Source of the DNA: an uncultured Desulfobacter sp.
Lineage (GTDB): Bacteria; Desulfobacterota; Desulfobacteria; Desulfobacterales; Desulfobacteraceae
DNA: 64,000 bases
NCBI GenBank assembly: GCA_963665095.1
Contig: OY762069.1
Coordinates: forward strand, 2,368,001-2,432,000
Direction of reading: 5' to 3'
The notes under the pieces are model-generated. The model saw only the letters and a list, made by a program, of their open reading frames with translations. It searched no databases and was not told the DNA's origin. Positions 1 through 9,918 of this stretch are shown here, one piece after another; positions within the stretch are counted from its first letter, which is position 1; the number at the start of each line of letters is the position of its first letter. The position numbers and the translations under genes were made by a program.

Positions 1-250
1 GGGTGCCTTTGACCTGGTAGGAGGTGTTATCGCTGGTGATAAACAAAATAGATGCCTTGGAGCCGGCAGAAATATTTTCCATGGTCTTGGAAAAATAGTT
101 ATTGGCCACCACCAGGGTCTGTTCATCGTATTTGCTCACGCAGGTGGCATAAATGGAATTCGGGACACCCTGTTTATCAACTGTGGTCAATATAATGGGG
201 CCTTTATGGTTTTCCCAGGCTTTACTGGTCTCTTCGGGTAATGCAGGCAT
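1..250 (-). CDS. Pyridoxamine 5'-phosphate oxidase-like FMN-binding protein (runs off the window edge)
   Basis: Not in ORF track. Manual translation from ATG at 250: MPALPEETSKAWENHKGPIILTTVDKQGVPNSIYATCVSKYDEQTLVVANNYFSKTMENISAG...SYQVKG. AAGGAGA RBS upstream. Confidence 0.8.
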   Translation of the reverse strand, partial: MPALPEETSKAWENHKGPIILTTVDKQGVPNSIYATCVSKYDEQTLVVANNYFSKTMENISAGSKASILFITSDNTSYQVKGT

Positions 251-695
251 ATGTCTGTCTCCTTTGTTTTAAGGTTGCCGTTGTTACGCAGTTAACACAT
301 CAGCAGACAGCAAATTGTATGCCTGAAGCAAAAGGAATTAAGATATCCGGTTTTTCAGGCACTTGCTGTTCATGCTGCCGGCAGTGTGTAACACAGCAGT
401 CGCATTTTTACACTGTTCTTCCGCAAAAAGCATGAAACCCGGCATCTGTTCTGCGACCCCCGCCGGCACAGCTGTTACCCTTGACGGCTTAAGAAGGGAT
501 TTTTTTAACATAAAAATCATACCCGGGCCCTGAAAAAAGGTGAAGTTGGCCATAGCCCCCCGATAAAAAACAAAAAAAGGCCTTTTCCGTTCAGGCTGCG
601 GACTGCCGGATGGCATGGGGTGACGATAAAAAATAACCGGATCTGAAAGTCCAGTGTTTGACTTTTTCAAAACCGGCGCTACTATTGGCGTTATT

Positions 696-3600
696 ATGGC
701 TATTGCAGATCAAATTAAACGTCTGATTCCCGACACCATGTGCCGGGACCGGCACCTTTTTTTAAGGGCTGTTCGCAGTAAAGGCAGACAAAGCCCCCGA
801 CCGGACCAGCATCTTCTTGACAGAGCAAAGACATCGGCTGCGTTACGGCAAACGCGCATGGACAACCGCCCCCGGGATATTGCCTTTGACCCGGATCTGC
901 CCATTAATGCAGCAAAGGACCGGATCATCCAGGCCATACAGAGCCACCCTGTGGTGATCATTTCCGGCGAAACAGGGTCCGGCAAAACCACCCAGATCCC
1001 TAAATTCTGCCTGGAGGCGGGCCTTGGCACTGGCGGCATGATCGGGTGTACCCAGCCCCGGCGCATTGCCGCCATGACCGTTGCCAAGCGTATTGCCTTT
1101 GAACTCAACGAATCTTTAGGACAGTCCGTGGGCTATAAGATCCGTTTTGATGACCACACCCCGGACAATGCCTATATCAAACTGATGACCGACGGCATTC
1201 TTTTAGCCGAAACCCAGCAGGACCGCTATCTTAACCAGTATGACGCCCTGATCGTGGATGAGGCCCATGAGCGCAGTCTCAACATCGATTTCACCCTGGG
1301 TATTCTGCGTACCCTGATTAAAAAAAGGCGGGATCTGAAGCTGATTATCACATCAGCCACCATTGATACGGAAAAATTCTCCAAAGCCTTTGACAACGCC
1401 CCTGTCATCGAAGTGTCAGGCCGGATGTACCCGGTTGAGCTTATCTATTCGCCCATTGAAAGCCAGACCGACCGGGAATCTTCCGCTGATGACCAGGGCT
1501 ATGTGGAGGCAGCGGCAACTGAAGCGGACATGCTTTTACGGACCACCCGGTCCGGCGACATCCTGATCTTCATGCCCACAGAGCAGGATATCGGGGAGAC
1601 CATGGAAATTCTCAAGGGGAAAAATTTTACCGGGGTCACAATTCTGCCGTTATTTGCACGCCTCTCGGCAAATGAACAGGCAAAGGTGTTTTCCATGGGT
1701 CCGGGAAGAAAAGTGGTGGTGGCAACCAATGTGGCAGAAACCTCTTTGACCATTCCCGGCATTAAATATGTGGTGGACACAGGGCTTGCCCGTATTCCCT
1801 CCTACTCTCCAAGGACCCGGACCACGGCGCTGCCTGTCAGCCCCATTTCCCAGTCCAGTGCAAACCAGCGTATGGGACGCTGCGGCCGGGTGGAAAACGG
1901 AGTGTGTATCCGGCTTTATGATGAAAAAGAGTTTGAGGGACGACCCTTTTTCACATCCCCTGAAATTTTAAGGAGCAATCTTGCCGAAGTTATCCTGCGC
2001 ATGATTGCATTAGGGCTTGAGGATGTTTCCACCTTTCCCTTTGTGGACCCGCCCGCCCCCAAAAGCATTAAGGACGGATTTGACACCCTTTTGGAGCTGG
2101 GCGCCATTGCCCTGAATAGAACAACAAAAAAGAAAAAATCCGGAAAAGGATCCCCCAAAAAATACCGTCTGACCAAAGAGGGGCAGGTCATGGCCCGGAT
2201 GCCCATGGACCCGAAACTGTCCCGGATTTTACTGAAAGCAGGAGACGCAGGCGTGCTTAAAGAAGCCACCGTGATCACCACGGCCCTGACCGTCTCGGAC
2301 ATCCGTCAGCGCCCGGCAGACAAAGCCCAGGCCGCCGACCAGAAACATGCCCAGTTCAAGGATCCCACATCAGATTTCATCACCCTGCTCAACATCTGGA
2401 ATGCCTGCAAAGAGGCCGGGAACCGTCTTAAATCGAGATCAAAACTGCGCAACTGGTGTATTGAAAACTATCTGTCTTTCAAACGGCTGAGGGAGTGGCA
2501 GGATATCCACGGCCAGATCACCCGGATGATCAGGGAACACGGGATTGAGCAGACCGTGCCACCGATTACAAAGCAGGAGGACTTGAATCCGAAATCAAAT
2601 GCGTGTGACCAGGCAGGGCCTTTGTACGCAGCCATTCATAAGGCCTTGCTTCATGGCTACCTGGCCGGTATTGCCCATAAAAAAGAGAAGAATACCTATA
2701 TGGCCACCAAAAACCGGCAGGCTGTCATTTTTCCGGGTTCCGGGCTTTTCAACAATGGCGGCACCTGGATTGTGGCGGCTGAATATGTCCAGACCAGCCA
2801 GCTCTTTGCCCGGGGGGTGGCCAATATTGATCCGGCCTGGATCGAAGAGATCGGTAAAGACCTTTGCACCAGGACTTACAGTGATCCCCACTGGGAAAAG
2901 AAGCGGGGTGAAGTGGTGGCCCTGGAGCAGGTCTCACTGTTCGGGCTGATCCTGGACAGCGGCCGGCCTGTGGCCTACGGTAAAGTAAACCCGGAGGAAT
3001 CCTTTGAGTTGTTTATCCGCCACGCGCTGGTGGAAGGCCAGATTTTCCAGCAGTTTGATTTCATGGTCCATAACCAAAACCTGATCCAAGAGATCGGCAT
3101 GCTGGAGGATAAAACCAGGCAGCGGGACATTCTGGCATCCGACGAAGATCTCTATGCATTCTACCGTGCCCGCCTCCCCCATCCTTTTTCTAATATCCGC
3201 ACCTTTGCCAAATTCATCAAAGACCTGAAAGACGACACCTTTTTGCGCATGACCCGGGAGGATCTTCAGAAAGCTGAGGTGGATGAGGCACTGCTGACCC
3301 AGTTCCCGGATGTCCTGGCAACGGAACATGGTCACTTTGTCCTGGATTATGAATTCAACCCAGGTGCCAGGACCGACGGAGTGACCCTTAAGGTGCCAAG
3401 CCAGGATGCAGGCCTGATCTGCCCCCACCAGGTGGACACCCTGGTTCCCGGGCTGCTCAAAGAAAAAATTGCAGCCCTGATCAAGGCGCTTCCCAAAGCC
3501 CATCGGATAAAACTGATGCCCATCCAGCAGCGGGCTGACTTTATTGCCGAACATCTGCCGGACTCGGATGTCCCCTTGTACTCAAAACTGTCTGGGGTAA

Positions 3601-4697
3601 TCCGTAAACACTTTGATCTTGTGATTCCGGCGTCGGCCTGGTCAGACAAGGATTTGCCGGATCATTTAAAAATGCGCATATCCATCAGGGATCACAGGGA
3701 CCGGGAGATAAAATCCCTACGGGACCTGTCAAAATTAGGGGCCTTTGCCACCTCTGGGCCTGTGCCAAAAGCCAATGCCTTTGAAAAAGCAAAAAAGGGC
3801 TTTGAAAAAAAAGGGGTCAAGGAGTGGAATTTTCCTGATATTGCACCTGAAATCCTGCTGGACGAAGCGAACAGCCACCAGCGCAAGGCCTTTCCCGGTC
3901 TTTGCTGCGACCTTGAAGGACCGGATGTGACACTCACGCTTTTCAAAACCAGGGAAGCGGCCCGGGAAAGCCACCCTAAAGGGGTCCGCCGTCTGTTTGA
4001 ACTCATGTTCCCCGATGATATCAAGGCATTAAAAAAAGATATCAACCACATTCCGGGCGTCAGCGAAATTGCGCCTTACTTCAATGACCGGCCGACCTTT
4101 ACCGCAATGGCCTACAATACCATGGCACGGGCCTTTTTTGAAAAAGAGATCTACACCCAGAATGCCTTTCACACCCATGTGCAGGAACTGCGACCCAGGC
4201 TTTATACCGCAGGGCAGAGTGCCATGGGCGACATTCTGGCCGTGGGCCGGGAGTACCGCACCTGTTTTGATCTGATACAAAGTTTAAGCCTTGCCGCCAA
4301 AGAGCGGCCGGTCATTTTCGATGCTTTGACGGCAATTTTCAATGAACTGAAAAACCTGTGCCCTGCCAATTTTCTGGAGCTCTACGATTTAGACCGGATT
4401 GCCTGGCTGCCCAAAAACCTGGAGTGCCTGGCCATCCGTGCCAGGCGATGGGTGGACAACCCAGGCAAAGAGGCCCAGAAAAAAGAGCTTGTGGCCCCCT
4501 ATGAACGAAAACTGGCCCACCTGATTTCAACGCTTGACCCGGGCTCTTCAAAAGAAAAATCCAAGGCGGTTGAAGATTTTTTCTGGATGCTGGAGGAGTA
4601 CAAAATCTCCGTTTATGCCCAGGAGCTGAAAACCCGGTTCAAAATCTCTGCCAAACGTCTGGACAAGGCCCTGCTGGATGTCTCCACCATGATATAA
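696..4697 (+). CDS. hrpA: ATP-dependent RNA helicase HrpA
   Basis: GETGSGKTTQ, DEAH, SAT and QRMGRCGR motifs; C-terminal WMLEEYKISVYAQEL. ATG at 696 preferred over GTG at 654. Confidence 0.95.
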   Translation: MAIADQIKRLIPDTMCRDRHLFLRAVRSKGRQSPRPDQHLLDRAKTSAALRQTRMDNRPRDIAFDPDLPINAAKDRIIQAIQSHPVVIISGETGSGKTTQIPKFCLEAGLGTGGMIGCTQPRRIAAMTVAKRIAFELNESLGQSVGYKIRFDDHTPDNAYIKLMTDGILLAETQQDRYLNQYDALIVDEAHERSLNIDFTLGILRTLIKKRRDLKLIITSATIDTEKFSKAFDNAPVIEVSGRMYPVELIYSPIESQTDRESSADDQGYVEAAATEADMLLRTTRSGDILIFMPTEQDIGETMEILKGKNFTGVTILPLFARLSANEQAKVFSMGPGRKVVVATNVAETSLTIPGIKYVVDTGLARIPSYSPRTRTTALPVSPISQSSANQRMGRCGRVENGVCIRLYDEKEFEGRPFFTSPEILRSNLAEVILRMIALGLEDVSTFPFVDPPAPKSIKDGFDTLLELGAIALNRTTKKKKSGKGSPKKYRLTKEGQVMARMPMDPKLSRILLKAGDAGVLKEATVITTALTVSDIRQRPADKAQAADQKHAQFKDPTSDFITLLNIWNACKEAGNRLKSRSKLRNWCIENYLSFKRLREWQDIHGQITRMIREHGIEQTVPPITKQEDLNPKSNACDQAGPLYAAIHKALLHGYLAGIAHKKEKNTYMATKNRQAVIFPGSGLFNNGGTWIVAAEYVQTSQLFARGVANIDPAWIEEIGKDLCTRTYSDPHWEKKRGEVVALEQVSLFGLILDSGRPVAYGKVNPEESFELFIRHALVEGQIFQQFDFMVHNQNLIQEIGMLEDKTRQRDILASDEDLYAFYRARLPHPFSNIRTFAKFIKDLKDDTFLRMTREDLQKAEVDEALLTQFPDVLATEHGHFVLDYEFNPGARTDGVTLKVPSQDAGLICPHQVDTLVPGLLKEKIAALIKALPKAHRIKLMPIQQRADFIAEHLPDSDVPLYSKLSGVIRKHFDLVIPASAWSDKDLPDHLKMRISIRDHRDREIKSLRDLSKLGAFATSGPVPKANAFEKAKKGFEKKGVKEWNFPDIAPEILLDEANSHQRKAFPGLCCDLEGPDVTLTLFKTREAARESHPKGVRRLFELMFPDDIKALKKDINHIPGVSEIAPYFNDRPTFTAMAYNTMARAFFEKEIYTQNAFHTHVQELRPRLYTAGQSAMGDILAVGREYRTCFDLIQSLSLAAKERPVIFDALTAIFNELKNLCPANFLELYDLDRIAWLPKNLECLAIRARRWVDNPGKEAQKKELVAPYERKLAHLISTLDPGSSKEKSKAVEDFFWMLEEYKISVYAQELKTRFKISAKRLDKALLDVSTMI

Positions 4698-4724
4698 GAG
4701 CCCTGTGATAATAACGATGCAAAG

Positions 4725-5669
4725 ATGCGCAAGGATAAACAATTGAACTTTGACACCTGTTTTAACCATGCCGAATCAATCCTGATGGAAGGGGCCATTG
4801 CGGAAAGGATCAAGCATGAGTTCCACATAAAGGTAAATGATCATGTGGCACTTGCGGATCTGATTTACAGAGAAGAAGGCAGATCTTCATTGCGTACGGT
4901 CTTTCTTCAATACCTTCATATTGCCCAAAAGTATGATCTGCCCTTCATGGCCACAACACCCACCAGACGCGCCAACCATATCCGGGTAAAAGCCGCCGGC
5001 TATGACAAAAAAATCATCCGTGACAATGTCGCCTTTTTAAAAAATATTCAAGAAAGCACGGAACACACCATGTTTGTGGGCGGATTGATGGGATGCAAGG
5101 GAGACGCCTACAAAGGGGATGAGGGGCTCTCCCGGCAGGAGGCCTTTCAGTTTCACACATGGCAGGCAGATCTGTTCAAAGATTGTCGGGTGGATTTCCT
5201 ATTTGCCGGCATTATGCCCTGTTTATCCGAAGCCATGGGCATGGCCCAGGCAATGGAAGGCACGGGTCTGCCGTATATTATCAGCTTCATGCTGAAAAAG
5301 AATGGCCGGTTAATTGACGGGGCATCCATCTGTGACGCCATCAAAGAGATTGATGCGGCAACTCAGACCAATCCGGTCTGTTATATGACAAACTGCATTC
5401 ACCCGCAGATACTTCAAAAAGCCCTGTCCCATCCCTTCAATAAAAATGAAATCGTTGCACAAAGATTTTGTGGTATCCAGGCAAACACTTCCCTGCTCTC
5501 CCCTGAAGAACTGGATCATTCAAAAGAGTTATTTACCTCGGACAGCATTTGTCTTGCAGATGACATGGCAGCATTATCAAAGCATATAAATCTCAAAATA
5601 TATGGGGGATGTTGCGGCACCACAGCTTCTCATATGGAGGCCATTGCAAAAAGAATCTGCAATAAATAG
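4725..5669 (+). CDS. Homocysteine S-methyltransferase family protein
   Basis: Zn-ligand motifs TNC and YGGCCGT; 314 aa stand-alone domain. Confidence 0.85.
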   Translation: MRKDKQLNFDTCFNHAESILMEGAIAERIKHEFHIKVNDHVALADLIYREEGRSSLRTVFLQYLHIAQKYDLPFMATTPTRRANHIRVKAAGYDKKIIRDNVAFLKNIQESTEHTMFVGGLMGCKGDAYKGDEGLSRQEAFQFHTWQADLFKDCRVDFLFAGIMPCLSEAMGMAQAMEGTGLPYIISFMLKKNGRLIDGASICDAIKEIDAATQTNPVCYMTNCIHPQILQKALSHPFNKNEIVAQRFCGIQANTSLLSPEELDHSKELFTSDSICLADDMAALSKHINLKIYGGCCGTTASHMEAIAKRICNK

Positions 5670-5952
5670 ACAGCACGGCCCGTAAAAAATGTACTAAATC
5701 GATTCCCGGTTTCTGAAAACTGCCTCCCCAGAGTCGTATCCTTCGATCAGAAGAATACTTCAGAAACCAGCCCTGCAACAAGTCATTCATCCGGTTTATA
5801 GCATGAAGCCATACCCCTTTTTCACAGGGAAGTATTCTTCCATATTTCCTGTTTGCTTTACATATTTTGGTTGACAAAAAAAGCAAATTCCTATCCTTTT
5901 TTATTTTTGGTAAAAATATGCTGTGTCTTTAAAACGTTTATCCGGAGACCAC

Positions 5953-8900
5953 ATGATCCATATCAAAAGTCACAAACAGCAATCACTCATTGACCCTATT
6001 GAGCGGGCCTGTGAGAGCGACGCCAGGCCGTTGGGTCCAGCGACTGCCGATGTTCAGGCCCGGCACCTTCGGCTGCGGTCAGAGGCCCTGCATCTATTTA
6101 TTTTTTTTATTCTCATCATTTTGAACCTGTTCTCACCCGGGATTACACGGGCGGAAATCACCACAGACGGGACCGTTGGTGCGGCAATGGACTTGGAGGG
6201 CCCGGATTATCAAATTACTCAAGATCTTGGGACAATCAACGGCAGCAATCTATTTCACAGTTTTAATATATTTAATCTGAATTCGGGTGAAAGTGCCACT
6301 TTCTCCGGATCAGAAACCATTAACAATATTTTCAGCAGGGTGACCGGGGGAACAACATCCTGGATCAATGGTACGCTTTCATCAACCATTGATGGCGCCA
6401 ATTTTTATTTTATCAATCCCGCAGGCGTGATATTCGGCCAGGGTGCATCTTTGGATATCAGTGGGTCATTTTATGTCAGCAGTGCGGATTATATCCTGTT
6501 TGAAAACGGCGGCCGGTTTGATGCGACACAAACCGAACAAAGCACCCTGTCTTCATATCCATTATCTGCTTTTGGATTTTTAGATAATGATCCTGGATCC
6601 ATCACATTTCAAGGTGCTCAAATCAGCGTTGCGGATGGTAAAACATTATCGATTGTCGGTGGGGATATCACGTTAGAAGAAGCCATGACATCTGAATCCG
6701 AGCAGGTCGAATCTGTGGTCAAAGCGCCCCAGGGCAATCTTAATTTAATCAGCATCAAGTCATCCGGTGAAGTGGTGTTTGGAGAAAATATCTCGACAAC
6801 GGCTGAAAATTTTGGAGATATTTCCATTACAAATGGTTCCAGGATTTCCATAGACGGAGAAACAGCGGGGAGCTTATATATCCGCAGCGGCAACCTGGTC
6901 ATTGAAAACACCAATGAATCGGTTTCTGATTCTCCGGGGATATATGCCAACAAAACAGGTGATGACTATGGTGGTGATATTGAGATTGATCTGGACAACA
7001 ACCTTGTCATGAAAAACACGGCTGAAATCGTATGTGTTGAAAACGGCAATGGAGAAGGGGGTTCCATTGGCATCAAGGCAGATCATATTGATATGTCAGA
7101 AGACAGTTTGATCTGGGGAACCACCATGGGAAGTGGCAGAGGGCCTGATATCGATATAGAAGCCAGAAGCATTGAGTTAACCAGCGGTGGAAATATCGAT
7201 TGCAGCGCATACGGCCCCGGACAGGGGGGCAACGTAACCATTCATGCCAGTGAATCTATACAGATAGATGGATACTCTACTTATTCCAGTGGGCTGTATA
7301 TGGATGCTTATGACACCGGTGACGCAGGGGAATTGGAAGTAAGCGTCCCCAATCTGGAAATAACTGATCAGGGTGTTATCACTGGGAATACCTATGATGA
7401 GGGAAATGGTGCAGATATCTTTTTACAAATAAAGCGGTTAGAATTGTCTGGTGGTGGGCAGATCCGTGCAGGAACAGGAGACAGCGGCAATGGCGGTAAT
7501 CTTGAGATCTATGCATCCAATGAAATCAATATCTCCGGGAACGGCAGTGTCATTGGAACGCAGGTTCAGGGGTCAGGTGACTGCGGATATATGATCATTT
7601 CCACACCGTATTTGAGTTTAACTGATGAAGGATGTATTTCAGGTGCTGTATTTGAAAATTCCAGTGGCAACGGGGCCAGTATTGAATTAAATGCCGATGC
7701 CATTGAGATGAGTCAGAGTTCTTCGATCACTATAGCGAATTACGGGGACGGGAATGCAGGTCATCTTAATATTTCAGGGCAGTCCATGTCTCTGGACAGC
7801 AGCTATATTTTCGGCGGATGTGCAGCAGATGGAAATGGTGGAGATATTACTATTTCCTCAGAACAAATAAATTTTAACAATGCCCGAATAAGCTCTTTTT
7901 GTGATACCGGAGATGGCAATTGCGGTGATATCATCATTGAGACAAATCAGATGGAACTGGTTAACAGCAGTATTCTCAATGGCACATATTACGGGACTGG
8001 TAATTCCGGTGATATCAGCATTACGGCCGATGAAGGCGTAATCGTGGATGGCAGTGGTTATATTTCTTCAGCTTCCTGTTACGGAACCGGTGACGGAGGG
8101 GATATTTATATTACAGCTTCTGATTTTCAATTGAAAAATAATGCGGTACTCACCGCATCAACAACGAGTGAAGGAGATGGCGGAGATATCCAGATACATG
8201 TTGATACACTGGATCTTGATAATGCAACAATTGAAACCAGGTCCAGTGATCAGGAAAATAAAGGCATTATTCCGACTGGTGATGCAGGAAGTATCCTGAT
8301 CAATGCCACTTCATCCATTGATATTACAAATGAGGGAATCATCAATACAAGCACCAAAGGGTATGGCAATGCAGGGAATATCAGTATTGAAACAGCAGGG
8401 GATTTCTCCGCGTCTCCTGGCAATGGAGAATTTGGTACTGTCATCGGGGCATATTCATTATCCAATGGTTTTGACGGATATGGCGGTAATGCCGGCAGTA
8501 TTAATATTAGTGCGAATAATTTAAATCTCGATATTTCTTATATTACATCTATGACCGATACAAGTGGCAGTGCCCAAAACATATCCCTGAATATTAATGA
8601 TACTATTACATTAGGTGGTGATTATGATGGAAATGGCTGGGCCAGCAGCATTACCTCATTTAGTGCCGGTTCCGGCAATGGCGGAAATATCAGCATCAAC
8701 TGCAGTCAGCTTGATATGCAGGATCATACAGCGATTGGTTCAGATACAAATGGCACGGGGAGTGCCGGCAATATAGATATCGTGGCTACGGGCGACATCA
8801 GGCTGGCCGGCGCAAACGGATTGACAACATCGATCTCATCATCGTCATTATATGCCAGTTCAAATAGCGGAGATGGCGGTGATCTGTCCATTCAGGCAGA

Positions 8901-9918
8901 TAACCTGTCTTTGGCTGGTGACAGTGTAATTTCAACTCTGACTCAAGGGGGAGGATCTGCCGGGGATATTAATATCGATCTGGCAGGACAATTATATGCA
9001 AATGGTGAAAATGCCATCACCTTGCCATCAGCCATCCTTGCATCAGCAGGCCTTCCATTGGACACGCCTGAGGAGGGTTATGAGCTTGGGAAACCAGGTA
9101 ATATCACTCTAAAGGCAAACGAAATAGCCCTGATGAATGGGGCGACTATCAGTGCTATGACTGAAGGGGCTGAAAACGGAGGCCGAATAATCATCCTTGC
9201 AGACGGAAATGTCTCTTTATCCGGTATGAATCAGGAAGTGGGGCTGAAAACGCAAATTTCCTGTGAAACAAGCGGGACGGGCGATGCCGGGGATATCCAG
9301 TTAACATCTTCAAACCTGACCATTAAAGATGGTGCTTTGATCGTATCCCAAAGTACGGATAGCACCGGTAAGGGCGGCAGTATTGAACTGAATATAACCA
9401 AGGATGTAAATCTGTATAATGGATATTTATCTGTGGCCGCCAGTGGCGCAGACGGCGGAGACATCAATTTAAATGCAGGACACATGGTATATCAATACGG
9501 TGGCAGTATGACGACTGAAGCGGGCGGGGAAGGACGGGGCGGTAATATTTATATCAACTCAGACTATATAATTTTGGAAAACACGCTCATTAAAGCCAAT
9601 GCCTATGAAGGCGATGGCGGTAATATTGGCCTTATTTCCAGGGCCTTTATCAGTGATCCGGCAAGTACTATGGATGCGTCCTCCAACCTGGGCGTTGATG
9701 GTGAAGTCAATATTGCAGCGCCTGAAGTTGATATCGCACAGATTGAATCCCTGCCGGCCTCTTTTGCGGATCTGTCTCATATACTGAACCATTCCTGTGC
9801 AGACTGGTCCGTAAAAGATTCAAGCAGCCTGGTGGTGGCAGGACGGGACGGTGTGCCTGCCGGGCCCGAAGATCCATTGCTGGGCATTTCCCCGGAATTG
9901 TTTGAAGAGATGAAATGA
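5953..9918 (+). CDS. Filamentous haemagglutinin-family exoprotein (TpsA), acidic beta-helix
   Basis: Extended signal peptide ending ...PGITRA; TPS domain NLFHSF...SRVTGG...FINPAGVIFG; many GxGG-x-I-x-I repeats; C-terminal DASSNLGVDGEV...C...GRDGVPAGP. GGAGA RBS precedes ATG at 5953. Confidence 0.92.
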   Translation: MIHIKSHKQQSLIDPIERACESDARPLGPATADVQARHLRLRSEALHLFIFFILIILNLFSPGITRAEITTDGTVGAAMDLEGPDYQITQDLGTINGSNLFHSFNIFNLNSGESATFSGSETINNIFSRVTGGTTSWINGTLSSTIDGANFYFINPAGVIFGQGASLDISGSFYVSSADYILFENGGRFDATQTEQSTLSSYPLSAFGFLDNDPGSITFQGAQISVADGKTLSIVGGDITLEEAMTSESEQVESVVKAPQGNLNLISIKSSGEVVFGENISTTAENFGDISITNGSRISIDGETAGSLYIRSGNLVIENTNESVSDSPGIYANKTGDDYGGDIEIDLDNNLVMKNTAEIVCVENGNGEGGSIGIKADHIDMSEDSLIWGTTMGSGRGPDIDIEARSIELTSGGNIDCSAYGPGQGGNVTIHASESIQIDGYSTYSSGLYMDAYDTGDAGELEVSVPNLEITDQGVITGNTYDEGNGADIFLQIKRLELSGGGQIRAGTGDSGNGGNLEIYASNEINISGNGSVIGTQVQGSGDCGYMIISTPYLSLTDEGCISGAVFENSSGNGASIELNADAIEMSQSSSITIANYGDGNAGHLNISGQSMSLDSSYIFGGCAADGNGGDITISSEQINFNNARISSFCDTGDGNCGDIIIETNQMELVNSSILNGTYYGTGNSGDISITADEGVIVDGSGYISSASCYGTGDGGDIYITASDFQLKNNAVLTASTTSEGDGGDIQIHVDTLDLDNATIETRSSDQENKGIIPTGDAGSILINATSSIDITNEGIINTSTKGYGNAGNISIETAGDFSASPGNGEFGTVIGAYSLSNGFDGYGGNAGSINISANNLNLDISYITSMTDTSGSAQNISLNINDTITLGGDYDGNGWASSITSFSAGSGNGGNISINCSQLDMQDHTAIGSDTNGTGSAGNIDIVATGDIRLAGANGLTTSISSSSLYASSNSGDGGDLSIQADNLSLAGDSVISTLTQGGGSAGDINIDLAGQLYANGENAITLPSAILASAGLPLDTPEEGYELGKPGNITLKANEIALMNGATISAMTEGAENGGRIIILADGNVSLSGMNQEVGLKTQISCETSGTGDAGDIQLTSSNLTIKDGALIVSQSTDSTGKGGSIELNITKDVNLYNGYLSVAASGADGGDINLNAGHMVYQYGGSMTTEAGGEGRGGNIYINSDYIILENTLIKANAYEGDGGNIGLISRAFISDPASTMDASSNLGVDGEVNIAAPEVDIAQIESLPASFADLSHILNHSCADWSVKDSSSLVVAGRDGVPAGPEDPLLGISPELFEEMK

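Noticed and set aside
241..670. 64-aa and 110-aa ORFs between the PNPOx-like gene and hrpA
   Set aside because: No recognisable motifs or RBS; more likely the divergent promoter region.
5593..5886. 97-aa minus-strand ORF upstream of tpsA
   Set aside because: Overlaps the methyltransferase 3' end and has no recognisable family.
6900..9650. Repetitive GxGG motifs considered as a DNA repeat array or CRISPR
   Set aside because: The repeats are degenerate at the protein level (beta-helix); there are no identical nucleotide repeats with spacers.
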